A stretch of 64,000 nucleotides of DNA from NCBI GenBank assembly GCA_050084515.1, contig CM114271.1, positions 9,548,001 through 9,612,000 of the forward strand. Reading direction: 5' to 3'. Position 1 is the stretch's first letter, and the number at the start of each line of letters is the position of its first letter. This stretch comes from Blasia pusilla (lineage: Eukaryota). A program made the translations under genes and the position numbers. Below, one piece after another: positions 35,445-49,298 of this stretch. Below the pieces are notes generated by a model that worked only from the letters and a program-made list of their open reading frames with translations, ran no database searches and was not told where the DNA came from.

Positions 35445-36883
35445 GTGTTCATTCCTTTTGGAGGTGGTCACAAGCATGCCAAAGAATTTCACTTGTGGAG
35501 GCATGCCAACAAGACCAGGCAAGAGCAATGCTACAGTCTGCAGCATCCCATATCTTCCTCATAAAAGGCATAACAAAAGGAAGGGGGCCTTCGGTTTACG
35601 AGCTCTATGTTAAGGCGGCTGTGAGATCGGTAATGAGAAACTCTATGTGTAAGCCTTCAATTGGTGAGAAGCAAGAACTCCCCTCAAGCAAGATGTATAC
35701 ATTGGTGGGGATATTCATGGGCGTGTTTCAAGACGTCCCATACAAATGGTGGTAGAGCAGTCCGAGCGAGACTCGTGGAGACCAGATAGTATCTTGACTT
35801 CAGGCAAGTGAAGAGGCAACATTGAGGAACAAACCCGATGACTGATTTGGATGAAGAAATTACGCCGCCCAAGTATTCAAAGACCTCGGATTGCTCCCAA
35901 ATCCGCGATGGAGTAACTTCTCCAAAATCAGTGAATGTTTTATTTCAAAAGCCTGGAAGTCCGCAACATCCGATCGCTGGGGTGGTTCAACAATATGGGA
36001 TTCCGATCATGGAGGTGGATTGTAACTTGAAACGATGACATATATCTCGGAGCAACCGTGGACGTGGACCCACTAGCAGGGTAGGATCTGATGGCATTAG
36101 GAGAGTATGCGGCACTTTCCTAACTAAGAACCGTACAAGGACTGGACGACCACTGCCTGGGTTTTGGGGACTCAAAACCTTTGATCGTTTCACGAGGACC
36201 GAGGATCAATTGAAGTACTTCTTCTATCCAAATGAATCCTGCGCTTTCCGAAAGTCTTATCCGACTGCCATTGGAGCTCAAGGGAATACCCCCACGATTT
36301 GGCCCATTTTCGCAGGTACAAATTACACTCAGGACGAAGTGGAAAATCTTACAAGTGTCGATTTTAGAGTCGTAGACGGAGGAATTTCGGAGTAGGTTCA
36401 TATTACAAAGACCTTCGCATTTCGTGTTCAACCCAAGATTGATGTCAACATGTACCCGGAGAAGGTGGATGATCTCAATCCACTATTTCTGTTTGAATTT
36501 AGAAATGGGATGAAGAGAAACAGAATGTGTAGGCCAACGGTAGAGAGAGCAAAGAGAATTGCATCAGCTCGGGAGGCAAACATGGAAATCATCGCCACAA
36601 AAGATGTCTAGAGTGGAAATGGAATAAGAAGGATGTATTGGGTCAGGAACAACACTGTAAATTCAAGTGTCACAGTGGTCTATGTGATGCACATCTATTG
36701 CTTTCCCACATGCTCCTGTGATGACTTTGTCCAAAGAGAGACAAGTGGGAAAAGGTATTTCCCTTGTAATCACATGTACTATATGTTGGTTGTAGTTTTA
36801 AGAGAGTCGGAGGTAGTAGTATGAATCCACCAACCAATTCTGTCCCTCAAAGAAGTGCAAAGTATTTTAAACAAACCACTTTG
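35445..36883 (+). pseudogene. MULE transposase C-terminal part with SWIM zinc finger
   Basis: Continues VHSFWRWSQACQRISLVEACQQD; CSCDDFVQRETSGKRYFPCNHMYY fits CxC-xn-CxH (SWIM). Confidence 0.8.
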
Positions 36884-37279
36884 AGGATGCAAAATGAGGT
36901 CTTAGATTGTACTTTCATTTTCCAAAACCTTCATTTTGAGCTTGAACTCTATTCAGCCGAGGGAAAATGATAGATTTTTTCCAGACCTTGGATGGAAAAA
37001 GTGATTTGTTCCACATTTATGATTCCACAGATTTTTCAGTTTTTTAAATTTTGTGCAAATTGTAACTCGTCGGATTCAGATGAGTTGCCAAAATGTGGAA
37101 TAGGAGAAAAAATGTGTGGGAGTGCCTAAGCACTGAGAACAAAAGTGCAAAAAAAATCACCAAAAAATTCCTCTCTTTAACCCAACGGAAACTCTCTTCA
37201 AATCACAAGAAACTCTATTAAAAAAAGTATCTCTTTGGGTTAAAGGTAGTTTCCTCTCTCCTCTCTTCTTACCGCTCCC

Positions 37280-37538
37280 ACACACACACAGATAGAGAGA
37301 TATATATATATATAAAAAAGAAATATGCTCCTAAGGCCCAACATGAGAAAGATCGCTTGAGAAATCCATCTTTCCCTCTCTTATATCCTTAGGAAGAGCC
37401 AAAAGGCTCTTCCCCAAAAATAGCCCTTCCAACGGTAACGTGCGTGAATAGGTTATCGGGTGACCGTTGACTCGGTCAATGGATCAACTGATTGACTAAG
37501 ACCAAAATAGGAAAATCGCCATAATCAAAGTTCTTGAA
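37280..37538 (-). repeat. Piece 2 of the split 5' LTR of Gypsy copy E
   Basis: GGCCCAACATGAGAAAGAT...GGAAGAGCCAAAAGGCTCTTCCCCAAAAATAGCCCTTCC is the reverse complement of 26178-26275. Confidence 0.85.
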
Positions 37539-38162
37539 TGTTATGTACAAAGGAATGTAAAAAGGGATCTTTCAGCAAATAATATGCACTTCGTTCCCCA
37601 AAAAGATCACAGTGTTGGATTCTCAACATCCACTTCTCTGAGCACTATTAATCTGATCGGCTCCCTTGTCTGAGGAGAAGCCTAGATTGATGGTTCGGAC
37701 TTAGACGTCGAAGGAGTCATAGTAATATGACACAAGTGGTTTTAGGAGTAGCATTACTAGGATTATCTAACCCTATATTGCATCAAGGTGCGGGGCACCC
37801 TGATGTGTCGCGGGGGTTCGGGGATGCAGCCCCTGGTATGCCAAGACGGCGCGCAGCTCTTGGCAAATTTTGTCTATTAATAGAAATGAAGAAAAATAGG
37901 TTAAAACCCTAGTTTCTCGAGTAGTGAAATAGTCAGGAGCCGCAACGGTAGCCGATTCTCGTATGTCGAGTTATCTCAACGTTCAGGTTCCATCGAAGCT
38001 CTTCTGTGAGCGCACAGACGGACTAGGCCACTTTGTATCGCTAAGTTTTGTAAAGATTTCAGTGATTTTGTCACTTTCTATTTTCTCGTGTGGTATCAGA
38101 GCTGTAGGTTTTCCAATATTTTGTATCTGGAAATCTAGTGTGTTTGCACAAAATATTGAGAG

Positions 38163-39516
38163 ATGGCTACTTCTTCATCAGTTCGTGCTCGCCCTCCTCC
38201 GCTGGGTGAAGGGAAGTTAGATGGGTCTAACTATACATCGTGGAAGTTCAAAATGAGAACTGTCCTCGAATCATTTGAGATCTGGAAGACGGCCATAGGG
38301 ATCGATTCGAATCCATAACCTACTTTGAGTTCTGCATGTTCATCTTCATCTCGTCATATCGATCATGTTGTCTTGCTGGCATGGAAACGCATAAACGCTG
38401 ATGCTCTATATGCGATTGTCACGAATGTAACTGATTCTGTCATGACTCTCATTCAACATACAACCACTACTGCTGAAGCGTGGAACATTATGAAGAATTA
38501 GTATGAAACGAGGAATGAGACTCGGATTCACAATCTGGAGAATCAGCTTACATCCGCGAAATTTTCAGAAGGAGAAAGCGCTGAGCAATTTTTTATAAGG
38601 ATCAAGAATCTTCAAGATCAGATGGCGTCCGTAGGAATTTCAAAGTCTAGCAAAGATTTGGCACATCGGTGCATAAGGATTTTGCCTCCAAGGTATGACA
38701 GTTTGGTCGCAGCATTGAATACTCAAGTAAGACCCACGCCGCTTACTTTTGAACAATTTAGTGCAATGTTGGTAGAAGAGGAAATGCGCTTTAAAGCAAG
38801 AGAGGGAAGTGATGCAGCACTTACTGCCAATGTACAGAGAGGTAGAAATCAGGATTAGAGTTCAAATATCAAGAAGAAATTTCCAATGAAAGCCTTCAAA
38901 TGCTTTTATTGTGGTAAGCTATATCATCTTATCAAAGATTGTAGAAAGAGGAGTCAGTATGAGAATAACGGTTGTTTAAGACCTAAGAAGGAGTCTGGAA
39001 ATTCTGTAGAACTAGGAGAACATGAAGTAGATGCTTGGGTAGCAACCAAAGATTTTTGCACACAGGCAAGACATTCAACTCAGTCAAAGAGTGAAGATGC
39101 ATGGATGCTCCATAGTGGAGCATCTAGGCATATGACCAATCATAAGGATTGGTATCGCTCCTTACAGCCTCTACAAGAGCCCATCGTTGTTACTGTTGGG
39201 AATAATGCAAAGTGCCATGTAGAAGGGAAAGGCACAATTTCTTCAGTCTCACAAAAAGGAGATGAAAAGAAGTTAATTGATGTATTATACGTACCAGAGT
39301 TGAAGCAAAATTTGATTTCAGTAGCAGTATTGTGTGATCGTGACCTAGAAGTTCGTTTCAAGAAAACTGGAGCACTCATTGAGGATGCCAATGGGAAAGT
39401 AGTGGGTGAAGGTATACGACATGGAAATATCTACGAGTTGTATGCTTTCATGATAAGTGTAAGTATAGACCTTAGTAGCAGTAAGTTATGGCATGAAAGA
39501 TTTGGTCCCTAAGCTT
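38163..39516 (+). pseudogene. Copia 1 gag and protease
   Basis: KLDGSNYTSWKF, CFYCGKLYHLIKDC, WMLHSGASRHM, LWHERFG; cut by Copia 2. Confidence 0.9.
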
Positions 39517-39831
39517 TGTGGAAAACTGCTAAACAAGCATAACTGATGGAAAACGGTTCACACACACACACACACCACCATGGAGAACAAAATTAGCATA
39601 TGAGAGAATGAGTGGAGGTTGGTCCTCTTCTCAATTATATAGGATATCTACAAGAAACCCTAACCCTATCCTTAACCATAGTCTCGAGTTAGACTAACCG
39701 TGATTAACTAACCCTAGTTAAGATAATCGTGCTTAACTGACTAACCAAGATTAAACTTCCCTACTTCGTATGAGTATCAAATGTAGCAGTTCAAGTGTCT
39801 CATGAGCTTGACTATAACTCAATCTTCAATA

Positions 39832-42800
39832 CTCCCGCTCAAGCTCATATCGATATCTCTAACGCCGAAATCCTTTCTAAACATCTCAAACTTATCTCTA
39901 GACAATGCCTTTGTAAAGATGTCAGAAATTTGTTGATCTGTACCTATATACACAAGATCAATTTCTCCTGCAAGCACTTTCTCTCTGATAAAATGATAGT
40001 GCATCTCAACATGTTTTGTATGAGCATGAAACACATGGTTATTAGCAAGCTTGATGCTACTAATATTGTCTACATATATTACATTAGGTCCTCAATTACT
40101 AACACCAATCTCAACAAGTAATCGATGAAACCACACTGCCTCACATGCTGCATTGGTTGCTCCTCTGTTGAAGATAAAGCAACTGTAGGTTGCTTTTTTG
40201 AAGCCCAACTTATAGCTACGCTTCCCAAAGTAAATGAATAACGAGATGTGGAGTGTCGATCAGACACACTTCCTGCCCAATCAGCATCTGTGAATCCCGG
40301 TAATTCAAAACTTTGAGACGGTTCAAATTGAAGCCCGAATTGAATAGAGAATTTCACATACCGCATAATCCTCCTCACAGCATTAAGGTGAGGTTTTCAA
40401 GGTGCTTGCATAAAGTGGCTCACTAGGCCAACAACATAGCTCAAATCTGGTCTGGTTATAGTTAGATAGATCAAACTTCCAACCATGCGCCGGTACATAT
40501 TAGAATTTGCAAGCAGCTCTTCTTCATCCACTCTTAGCTTCACGCTCTGGTCCAACAGTGTAGAGATTGGCTTACAAGCCGTCATACCATATTTTGAAAG
40601 CATATGAAGAGCATATTTTCATTGTAGTAACCACATGCTCTCTCCAACCTTGATAAACTCAATACCAAGGAAGTACTCGAGTTCTCCCAAGTCCTTCATA
40701 TCAAATTTTGCTTGTAACTTAAGCTTGACTTGTTGTACCATTTCTTCAGTATTCCCAGTAATCAAGAGATCATCAACATACAACACAATGAGAACTGTAC
40801 GATCTTGTCCTCTCAAGATATATAACGAGGAGTCAGAATCATATACCCTAAAATCCAACTCTTGTAGGACGTATGTAATCTTGCCATACCAAGCTCTTGG
40901 AGCTTGTTTGAGCCCGTATAGAGCTTTCTTCAACCTACGTACGCAAAATGGAAACTTGGGATGCTCGTATCGAGATGGTTATGTCAAATATACCTCCTCG
41001 TATAGATCTCCATTCAAGAAGGCATTCTTGACGTCCATTTGATGTAATCTCCACTTCTTACGTACTGCAACTGCAACCATTATTCTTGTAGTCGCTATCT
41101 TTACAACACGGTTAAATGTTTCCTCATAATCGATACCATATTGTTGTGCATAGCCCTTAGCCACCAATTTGTTAATTCTACCATCTTGATTGCGCTTGAT
41201 TTTATAAACCCATTTGCTACCAATAGCTTCCTTACCGTAAGCTATATCAACCAGCTCCCATGTTTGTTGATGTCTTAATACAACAAGCTCTTCCTCCATA
41301 GCTTCAATCCATTCGGCTTTCCTTGCAGCTTCTTCCAAATAACTCGGCTCTTTCTCTTGAAGGATAGTCATCATATATGCATGATGTGTGGCAAGGAAAC
41401 CTTCATTTATGAATCTATGAACTGGATGTGTAACTCTACTTGATCTACGAAGTTGTTGTTCAGACGTAGATGCCTCTAACACCTGACTCGAGCTTTGACT
41501 AATGTCAACAGACTGAATATGTACTCTTCCCGTCCATGGACTCATAGATTTAACTGATGAATCTAGGACCTCTCCTAATTCTGCACTAGTACTTGGGGAA
41601 GTTGAAGACAATATCTGTTGGTTTAAAGTCATATTCTTCCCCTCAACAGACAAGTTTAGAGGTGGAATAGGCTCAAATGGAGCATACCATGACTTTAGCT
41701 CATCAAAGACAACATCCCGACTAATAATAAGGTGCCTAGAGAATGGACTGTAGCACTTATACCCCTTAGTTCCATCAGCATAGCCAATGAAGATACATCT
41801 TTCAGACTTGGGGTCTAATTTCTTACGTCTCTCAGAAGGAACATGAGCATAACAAATACAACCAAATACTTTCAAGAAGGAAAAATCAGGTTTACTTCTT
41901 GTGAAGACTTCGAATGGAGTTTTATCATGAACTCATACTGTTGGAGTTTGGTTGATTAAGAAGACTGCAAATGCTACAGCCTCTGCCCAATACACCTTAG
42001 GCATGTTCTTCTCATTCAGCATAGCTCGTGTCAACGTCAAGTGACTTGCTTTGTAATGGCAAGTCACTTGACGTTGGATGTCATTTTGTCATAAATAGTC
42101 ATCAAACTCTGTTGAAAGATACTCTCCTCCTCCATCACAACGCAATTTCAGAATGTGTTGTCCAGTCTGCTTCGAGGGCTGGTATTCTGGCAGGAGAGAG
42201 GAAGAGAGGAGAGGAGAGGAAGAGAGGAGAGTCTCTCTTAAAAAAAAGGCACAGAAGGGAAAAAAAATTGAAACTCTCTTCAAAAAATATGAAGATTATG
42301 GATAATAAGTGAGTAATTTTTTTGGAGATTTTTTTTGAAGAGAGGTTACTTAGTGCAACCCGTCGAAATCCGACGGGTTATAATTTTTTGGTTTTTTTTT
42401 TTTTTGGTTAAGGGAAAATTTTCAATTTTTTGGGGTTTTTTTAACATTTGCAACCCGTCGGAGTCCGACGGGTTGCTTTCTAGGCATCATGGCGACCTGT
42501 CAAACTCCGATGGGTTGCTTTTTGGCCTCAAAAGCAACCCGTCAAAGTCCGACAGGTTGCAAACGTTAAAAAAACCCAAAAAAAGAAAAAATTTCCTTAA
42601 CCATAAAAAAAAAACCAAAAAAAGTTGCAACCCGTCGGATTTCTGACAGATTGAAAAGGTTAAAAAAAATCTTCTTCTTCTTTTCAATATTTTTTTGAAA
42701 AAATTTGCCTTTTCAACTTGTCAAAACTTTTCTCTCTCCAACCAGTCGGAAACTCTCTTCAACTTGTCGAAAACTCTCTTCAAACCAAAATAGCCATGCG

Positions 42801-44648
42801 GGTTGCCAATATCTTCCTCTCTCCTCTTTCCTCTCTTCTCTCTTCCTCTCCTCTTACCGCTCCTTAGTCTGCTTCTCTACTAGAACTCTGAATGTTTGGA
42901 ACATTGAGAATACCTCTGACTTGGCTTTCAGAAAGTATACCCATATATACCTAGAGAAGTCATCAATAAATGAAACAAAGTACTAGAAACCACTAAGGCT
43001 AAGTTGTGATGTTGTCCACACATCAGTGTGGATCAACTCCAATATCTTGGATGTTCTTCTACCTTGCTTTGGAAAAGGAAATCTAGCTTGTTTTCCAAAT
43101 TAGCAAGCAGGACATACCTTTAACGTAGCAGATATCGCTAATTTAGGGAGTCCTATTACTATATTAGATGATGAAAGACTCTATAATCTTTGAAGATTCA
43201 TATGTCCAATTATTTTATGCCCCATATTTAGATCTGTGACTTGTTGGCCGATTTGACCATACATTGCTGTTTGAATCTCTCGCATTGAAACATCTAATTT
43301 GAACATTCTGCCACATCTAGTTCCTTTGGCTATCGTAGTCTGGTCATCCATTGTTTCAATGAAACAACCATTTGCATTAAACTTCACTTGATAACCCTGT
43401 TCTACTATCTATCCTAGAGAGATCATATTTCTTGCAATGGTAGGAACATAAAGAACATTTCCAAGAGCACAAAGACCATCTGATGCTATTGGAACTTTAG
43501 CAGTATGGGTGATATGATGTTGAATGTCATCTCTTGTGAGCACAATTGCACGATCTTTCACCGGCTTCAAACTACTGAACCATTTAGCTTGTGAGGTCAT
43601 GTGATTTGATGCACCAGAGTCAATGTACCAATCTCTTGTCGAGTCTTTCTTGACGATTGCTCCCATATGATGAGTCATGACCAAGAGATGCTTTGTATGT
43701 GAATGTTGTTGTTCTTGGTACTGCTCTTGGTGTTGTTGCTCCACATAGTTTTGTTGTTGTAAGGCTCATATTCTCATATCTGCCTTCTTCTTGAAGCAAA
43801 ACTTTGCATAGTGACCCTTTATCTCACAGTAATTGCAAGATCCAAGGACCCTCTGCTGTTGACCTCGACCCCAACGATTTCCACCATCACCATCTTGTGA
43901 TTGTGTCTGGTAATGGTTTGTAGTTGATTGAGTGACATTATATTGAGTGCCTCTTCCTCCGTATTCTTGACATCCACCACGACCACGGAAGTTTCTGCCA
44001 TGATCCTTGCCTCTGTTTGATCCATAACCTGCAAATAGCGCACTCTCTTGTAGACTAGACGAGCTACTGCTGCCTACAAGGCGCATCTCTTCACTCATCA
44101 ACAAAGGAACTAACTCTTGAAAGGTTGGATACTTCTCTCTCATAGAGATAGAGGTCTCAAAGGACTTGTAATCCCTTAGATGGCCTTGAAGAGTGAATAA
44201 ATTCATATGGTCATCTTCTATTCTCACTCCAATGTTATTCAACTATTCAACAATATGTTTGATACTCAAAATATAATCATTGATGCTCTACGATCCTTTC
44301 CTCACTTTGTTCAATTGTTGTTTCAACTCAAGCTTTATGGCCTTTATAGATGTCTGGAATAGCTTTTCCAATGTATCACAGGCTTCCTTCGGACTATCAA
44401 CATCTTGGATGTGACCTATCATTGGCAAACAGATCGCTATTGAAATGTAGTGGATTACTTGCCTTGCGCGTTTGTTCCAAGCGTAAACATTCAAGTTTGT
44501 TGAGTCACGTTTTGGCTTGGCCTCATCACCTGTGACAAGCTCTCATAGTTCTTGACCCATAAGAAATTTTTTCATGCAAAACTTCCAGACATTGTAATTC
44601 CGCTCGTCTAGATTCTCGCATGTGATTGCTGTTGAGGAATACTCCATG
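39832..44648 (-). pseudogene. Copia 2 gag-pol, decayed
   Basis: CNYCEIKGHYAKFC, WYIDSGASNHM, LRCDGGGEY, QMDVKNAFLNG, LYGLKQAPRAW, LYVDDLL, FTDADWAG, TKHVEMHYHFIRE. Confidence 0.93.
42174..42865 (+). mobile_element. Non-autonomous MULE derivative (MITE-like) in the Copia 2 integrase
   Basis: 10-bp TSD AGTCTGCTTC (42164-42173, 42866-42875). Ends GGGCTGGTATTCTGGCAGG.../...CTTACCGCTCC are shared with 16101-37279. Contains several GCAACCCGTCGGANTCCGACGGGTTGC palindromes. Confidence 0.9.
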
Positions 44649-45479
44649 ATAAACGATTTCACTCACGAAAATGTAATTTCAGGCTTTCTACTGCTTCAAT
44701 TGAAGCATAGACCACTCCTACACAGAAATCGATCTGAAATTTGCCAAAATTGATCAATTGTATGAATGAACTAGTTGAAATTGGCATATAGAGAGCAAAC
44801 TGCACAACTTTTCTTCACTAATTGCACTTTCCTACACTGAAATTGCTACTGCAAGAGCTTAGAGTGTCAGAATCAAGCAATTTTGGCTTCGTTTGAAAGC
44901 TCTCAACAAGCTCTATAAGACAGCTAGGATAAGATTTTGGTATTGCTCTAGAACAAGCAGACCCATAAAGCTGAATCGACCGGGAAAGCCCTAAAAAATG
45001 CCTCCAAAGTTTTATCACCGTTAAAGCTCCACCTGAAATCTGCACCCACTTAGCTCTGAATAAAATTTCCTTAACCAAACTTAAATTGTGCCTTCTCTTG
45101 CCTCTCTTCTCTCTTCAAACATCAAGAATTTCAAGTGATGTTCTCCTCCCGCTCTGATACCATGTGGAAAACTGCTAAACAAGCATAATTGGTAGAAAAC
45201 GGCTCTCACACACACATACCACCATGGAGAACAAAATTTGCAATGAGAGAATGAGTGGAGGCTGGTCCTCTTCTCAATTCTATAGGATATGTACAAGCAA
45301 CCCTAACCCTATCTTTAACCATAGTCTCGAGTTAGACTAATTGTGATTAACTAACCCTAGTTAAGATAATCGTGCTTAACTGACTTACCAAGATTAAACT
45401 TCCCTACTTTGTGTGAGTGCCAAATATATCAGTTTAGATGTCTCATGAGCTTGACCATAACTCAATTTTCAATAAGCTT

Positions 45480-48400
45480 TCCCTTACTAAGTCAGATGCA
45501 GAAATCTGGCATGATTGTTGATTTACCAACAATTTATGGAGTGTCGGATACATGTAAAGCTTGTATGATGGGCAAGCAACACCGACAACCATTTCCACAA
45601 GAGTTCAACAATAGAGCAAAGGCTCCTCTAGAGCTGATTCATGCTGACCTCTATGGTAAAATGAGAATAGTGGCATTAGGTGGTTCTTCCTACTTCTTTT
45701 TAGTTGTCGACGATTATAGTAGGAAAATGTGGGTGTATTTCCTTCGTGATAAGGCAAGTGCTTTTGGAAAATGTAAAGTATGGCACAAGCTAGTTGAGAA
45801 TGAGATAGGAAAGAAGGTACAAAAGCTTTGCACCGATCGAGGAGGATAATTATTATCAACAAAATTCAACAAATATTTGGGGGAGCATGGAATTAAGCAA
45901 TAGTTAACCACGCCACATACACCATAACAAAATGGAGTTGTTGAGCGTCAAAACCGTACAGTGGTGAAGATGGCAAGATGTATGATGAAAGCAAAAGGTT
46001 TGACAGAAGGATTTTGGGTCAAGTCGTTACATTATCTGCCGTTTACATTCTAAATAGAAGTGCTACCAAGTCAGTGCAAGGCATGACTCCTCATCAATGA
46101 TACTCAGATAAGGTACCATCAGTCCAACATTTCAGGATTTTTGGTAGTGAGTGTTGTACATAATCCTGAAGCATCTAGGACCAAGCTGGAGTCCAAGAGC
46201 AGGAAGTGCATTTTTATGGGATACAGTGATGAGTCTAAAGCTTATCCCCTATGGTGTCCTGAGGCAAAGAAGATGCTTGTGAGTCGTGATGTGGTGTTCC
46301 AGGAACAGCCTCGTCAAGTGGCAGATATCAGTGGTCCGCTACATTATCATCAAACAAAGAGATAGCCCACCAGAGCACACCACCAATGTTTACACCAGAT
46401 CATCAAGAAGAAGAATTTGGTGATGATTACAAAGAGCAGCGTGCACTTCCACTACGGTCGTCATACCCTAAGTGGATAAAGCAGCTCTTGGATGGTAAGG
46501 ATCCACCATCAACTGATGAAGTTGTTACACATCCAAGAAGGTCTAAGAGACTAGAGGAGCATAATAGAGCTTCCGCATATCTCGTCAACATGGCCTTGAT
46601 GACAGAGGTCTTGAAGGTGGAAGAGCCATCATGCTTGGATGAGGCCCTTGCTCATCCTCAATGGAGAGAGGCCATGCAGATGGAGATGGATGCTATTAAG
46701 AGAAATGAAACTTGGACTTTGGTTGAGAACCCAAAGGACAGGAAGATAATATGCACCAAGTGGGTATACAAGACCAAGTACAAGTCGGACGACACATTGG
46801 ATAAATTCAAAGCGAGGTTGGTTGCACAAGGATGCTCACAAATTGAAGGTTTTGACTACTATGAGACTTTGGTTCCTACTGCAAGGATGACAACCATTCG
46901 AATTGTTCTAGCGGTTGCAAGAACAAGACGTTGGCATGTATACCAATATGATATGAAGTCTGCCTTTCTGAACAGGAGTCTCAAGGAGGAGGTATATATA
47001 TCTCAACCACCAGGTTTTGAGACACACGGATTAGAAGAGAAAGTGTGTTTACTTCATCGAGCATTGTATGGGTTGAAGCAAGCCCCAAGGGTATGGTATA
47101 AAAAACTAGATACATTCTTCCGAGAGAAGGATCTCATCAAGAGTCCGTCAGAAGCAAATTTGTATGTGTTTTTCGAAGATGGGATATATATGTTGATAGT
47201 CCTGTATGTGGATGATCTGATCATCACAGGAGACCACAATAAGAAAATAGAGGAAATGAAGGGAGTGTTGAAATCTGAGTCTGAAATGTCAGATTTAGGT
47301 CTTTTGCACTACTTTATAAGGCTGGAGATTTGGCAACAGTCAGATTCTATTTTTCTCTCTCAACAAAGTATGCTAGAGAAATCTTGAAGGCATTCAGGAT
47401 GACCGAGTGTAAGGAAGTGGTCTTGCCAATGGAGGTAGAGTTGAAACTCTCGATGGAGGATGTTTCACCATTGGTAGATGAAAAGTTGTACAAAAAGCTT
47501 GTAGGCAGTTTGTTATTTTTGTGTAACACTAGACCAGACATTAGCTTCGTTGTGGGAGTGTGATACCCACAATTTTGTAATCTTGAAGAATATATCTTTT
47601 TATTCAACGAATACTCTTGTATATTATGATTTTGATTATGATTATCTATTATTATGAAGAAGAATAAGTGAATCACCAAGCTCCGAAGACAAGGCAGAGA
47701 GATAAAGATCAAGGATTTGCCTTAGAGGAGAATCAAAAGCTGTAAAGAAGTATAAAGGATCAACGCGAAGCTCAACGAAGCTCTATATACAAAGTACCTT
47801 GCTCTTGAACGAAGCACGAAGAACAAAGAGCGAAGCACGAAGCACGAAGAACAAAGAAGAACTTCGTCCGCCGGAAATTTAGCACAGCGAAGCTCAGCAT
47901 GATTGGGATTCGAAACGACACATAGTTTACAGAATGAGACTAGGAAAGGGCGCGACCCTTTATATCAAATTGATAGTTAGGACGGTTTTGTACCGCTGGA
48001 TTCATAGGGATCGAGGAAAAGCTAAGAGAACCATAGATCTAGGTAATTCTGAGATATTGAAAAGACACACCCTTCATCAAGAACGCCGGATCATAGAAAC
48101 GATCCTACTCGAGAATATTTAAGAAACAGATGAAGCTATTAGCATCATTCGCTCATGAAGTCCTTATCTTTGTCAGAGGAATGGTCCGAGCAAGAGAGTT
48201 GTACCCTCTCGAGCTTGTAGATACTTTGAAGTCTTCCAATTCTTGATGGAGTAGTAAAGCATTCATTCATTCATTCGATGTCCGATGCTTATGTCGAACA
48301 TTCTTTTGGGTCGCTAAGTGAAGAGTGAATCAAGCGAACCTTTCTCATCAATGGAATAATCAATATAAAGTTGTATGAAATCTGTTTGACAGAGTAACAC

Positions 48401-49298
48401 CTACGACGGATTGAGTTCCGAAAGTAGGAGAAGCCAGCTTTATTCTTGAGGACTCTGTGAGGTTCCGAAATGTTGAGAAAACAAATTGCCTGAGCGTCCT
48501 TTAAACTCCACTCGAGAGAATTGAAGAAGAAAACCTAGGTACTAAGAAGGATCGGAAGCTGATACTGGAATATTGCATTCGAATTACAAAACCAATTACA
48601 CTTTTACAACATAATCATCACTTTATACTCTCTTTTCATCCAACAATGATCCTCTTGGGGATCGAACTCTACAATTGACTGTAAATAAGAAACACTTAGA
48701 CATTACAGGGAGTGTTGAGTAGGTTCTCAACAAAGCCTCGTGAGAACCATTGGAAGGCAGGGATGCGTGTATTGAAGTACATAAAAGGCACTATCGAGTA
48801 CATCATCACCTATGGAGCAGGGACGGAAATGACAACTTTTTGTGACTCGGATTGGGCAGGAGATTCAGATTCTCGAAGATCAATTTCGGGTTATTGCTTC
48901 TTGGTAGGATCAGGTGTGGTGTCATGGGTCAGCAAGAAGCAACCTACAGTGGCTCTTTCTTCTACCGAGGCAGAGTTCAAGGCGTCTTGTTATGCTTCTT
49001 GTGAAGCAGTATGGTTGAGATGGATATTGGAGGACATAGGAGAAGCACCTATAAGTGCTACTATAATGTGGTGTGAAAATCAGAGTTGCATTGCCATAGC
49101 ACATAATCGTATGTCTCATGCTCGTACGAAGCACATAGAGATCCAGTATCATTTTTTGGTGAGTTGATCAAGAGAGAGGTTTTGAAGTTAGTCTATTGTC
49201 CAACAGAGGAGAACCGTGCAAACATCTTCACGAAAGGTTTGAGCGGAGATCAGCTTCACCGACATCTAAAGGGTCTTGGCATAGGTCCAAGACAATAG
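45480..49298 (+). pseudogene. Copia 1 integrase, RT and RNase H, decayed and interrupted by a solo LTR
   Basis: LELIHADLYG, VVDDYSRKMW, CTDRGG, KARLVAQG, LYGLKQAPR, LYVDDLI, FCDSDWAGD, SSTEAEF. Confidence 0.93.
47559..48707 (+). mobile_element. Solo LTR, near-identical to the element A LTRs
   Basis: TGTGATACCCAC...CATTACA. TSD GGGAG (47554-47558, 48708-48712). Confidence 0.95.

Larger units (their letters stand above)
16101..37279 (+). mobile_element. Mutator-like (MULE) DNA transposon copy 2, ~11.7 kb after removing the nested Gypsy; two divergent genes
   Basis: Termini GGGCTCGTATTC... and ...CTTACCGCTCCC match the ends of the TSD-flanked MITE at 42174-42865. It is inserted in a (CA)n run present on both sides, and the host LTR resumes at 37280. 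It encodes a DDE+SWIM transposase. Confidence 0.85.
39517..45474 (-). mobile_element. Ty1/Copia element 2, nested in Copia 1
   Basis: LTRs 39517-39831 and 45163-45474. TSD AGCTT. PBS TGGTATCAGAGC at 45151-45162(-). PPT GAGCTTGAGCGGGAG at 39832-39846(-). Confidence 0.95.
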
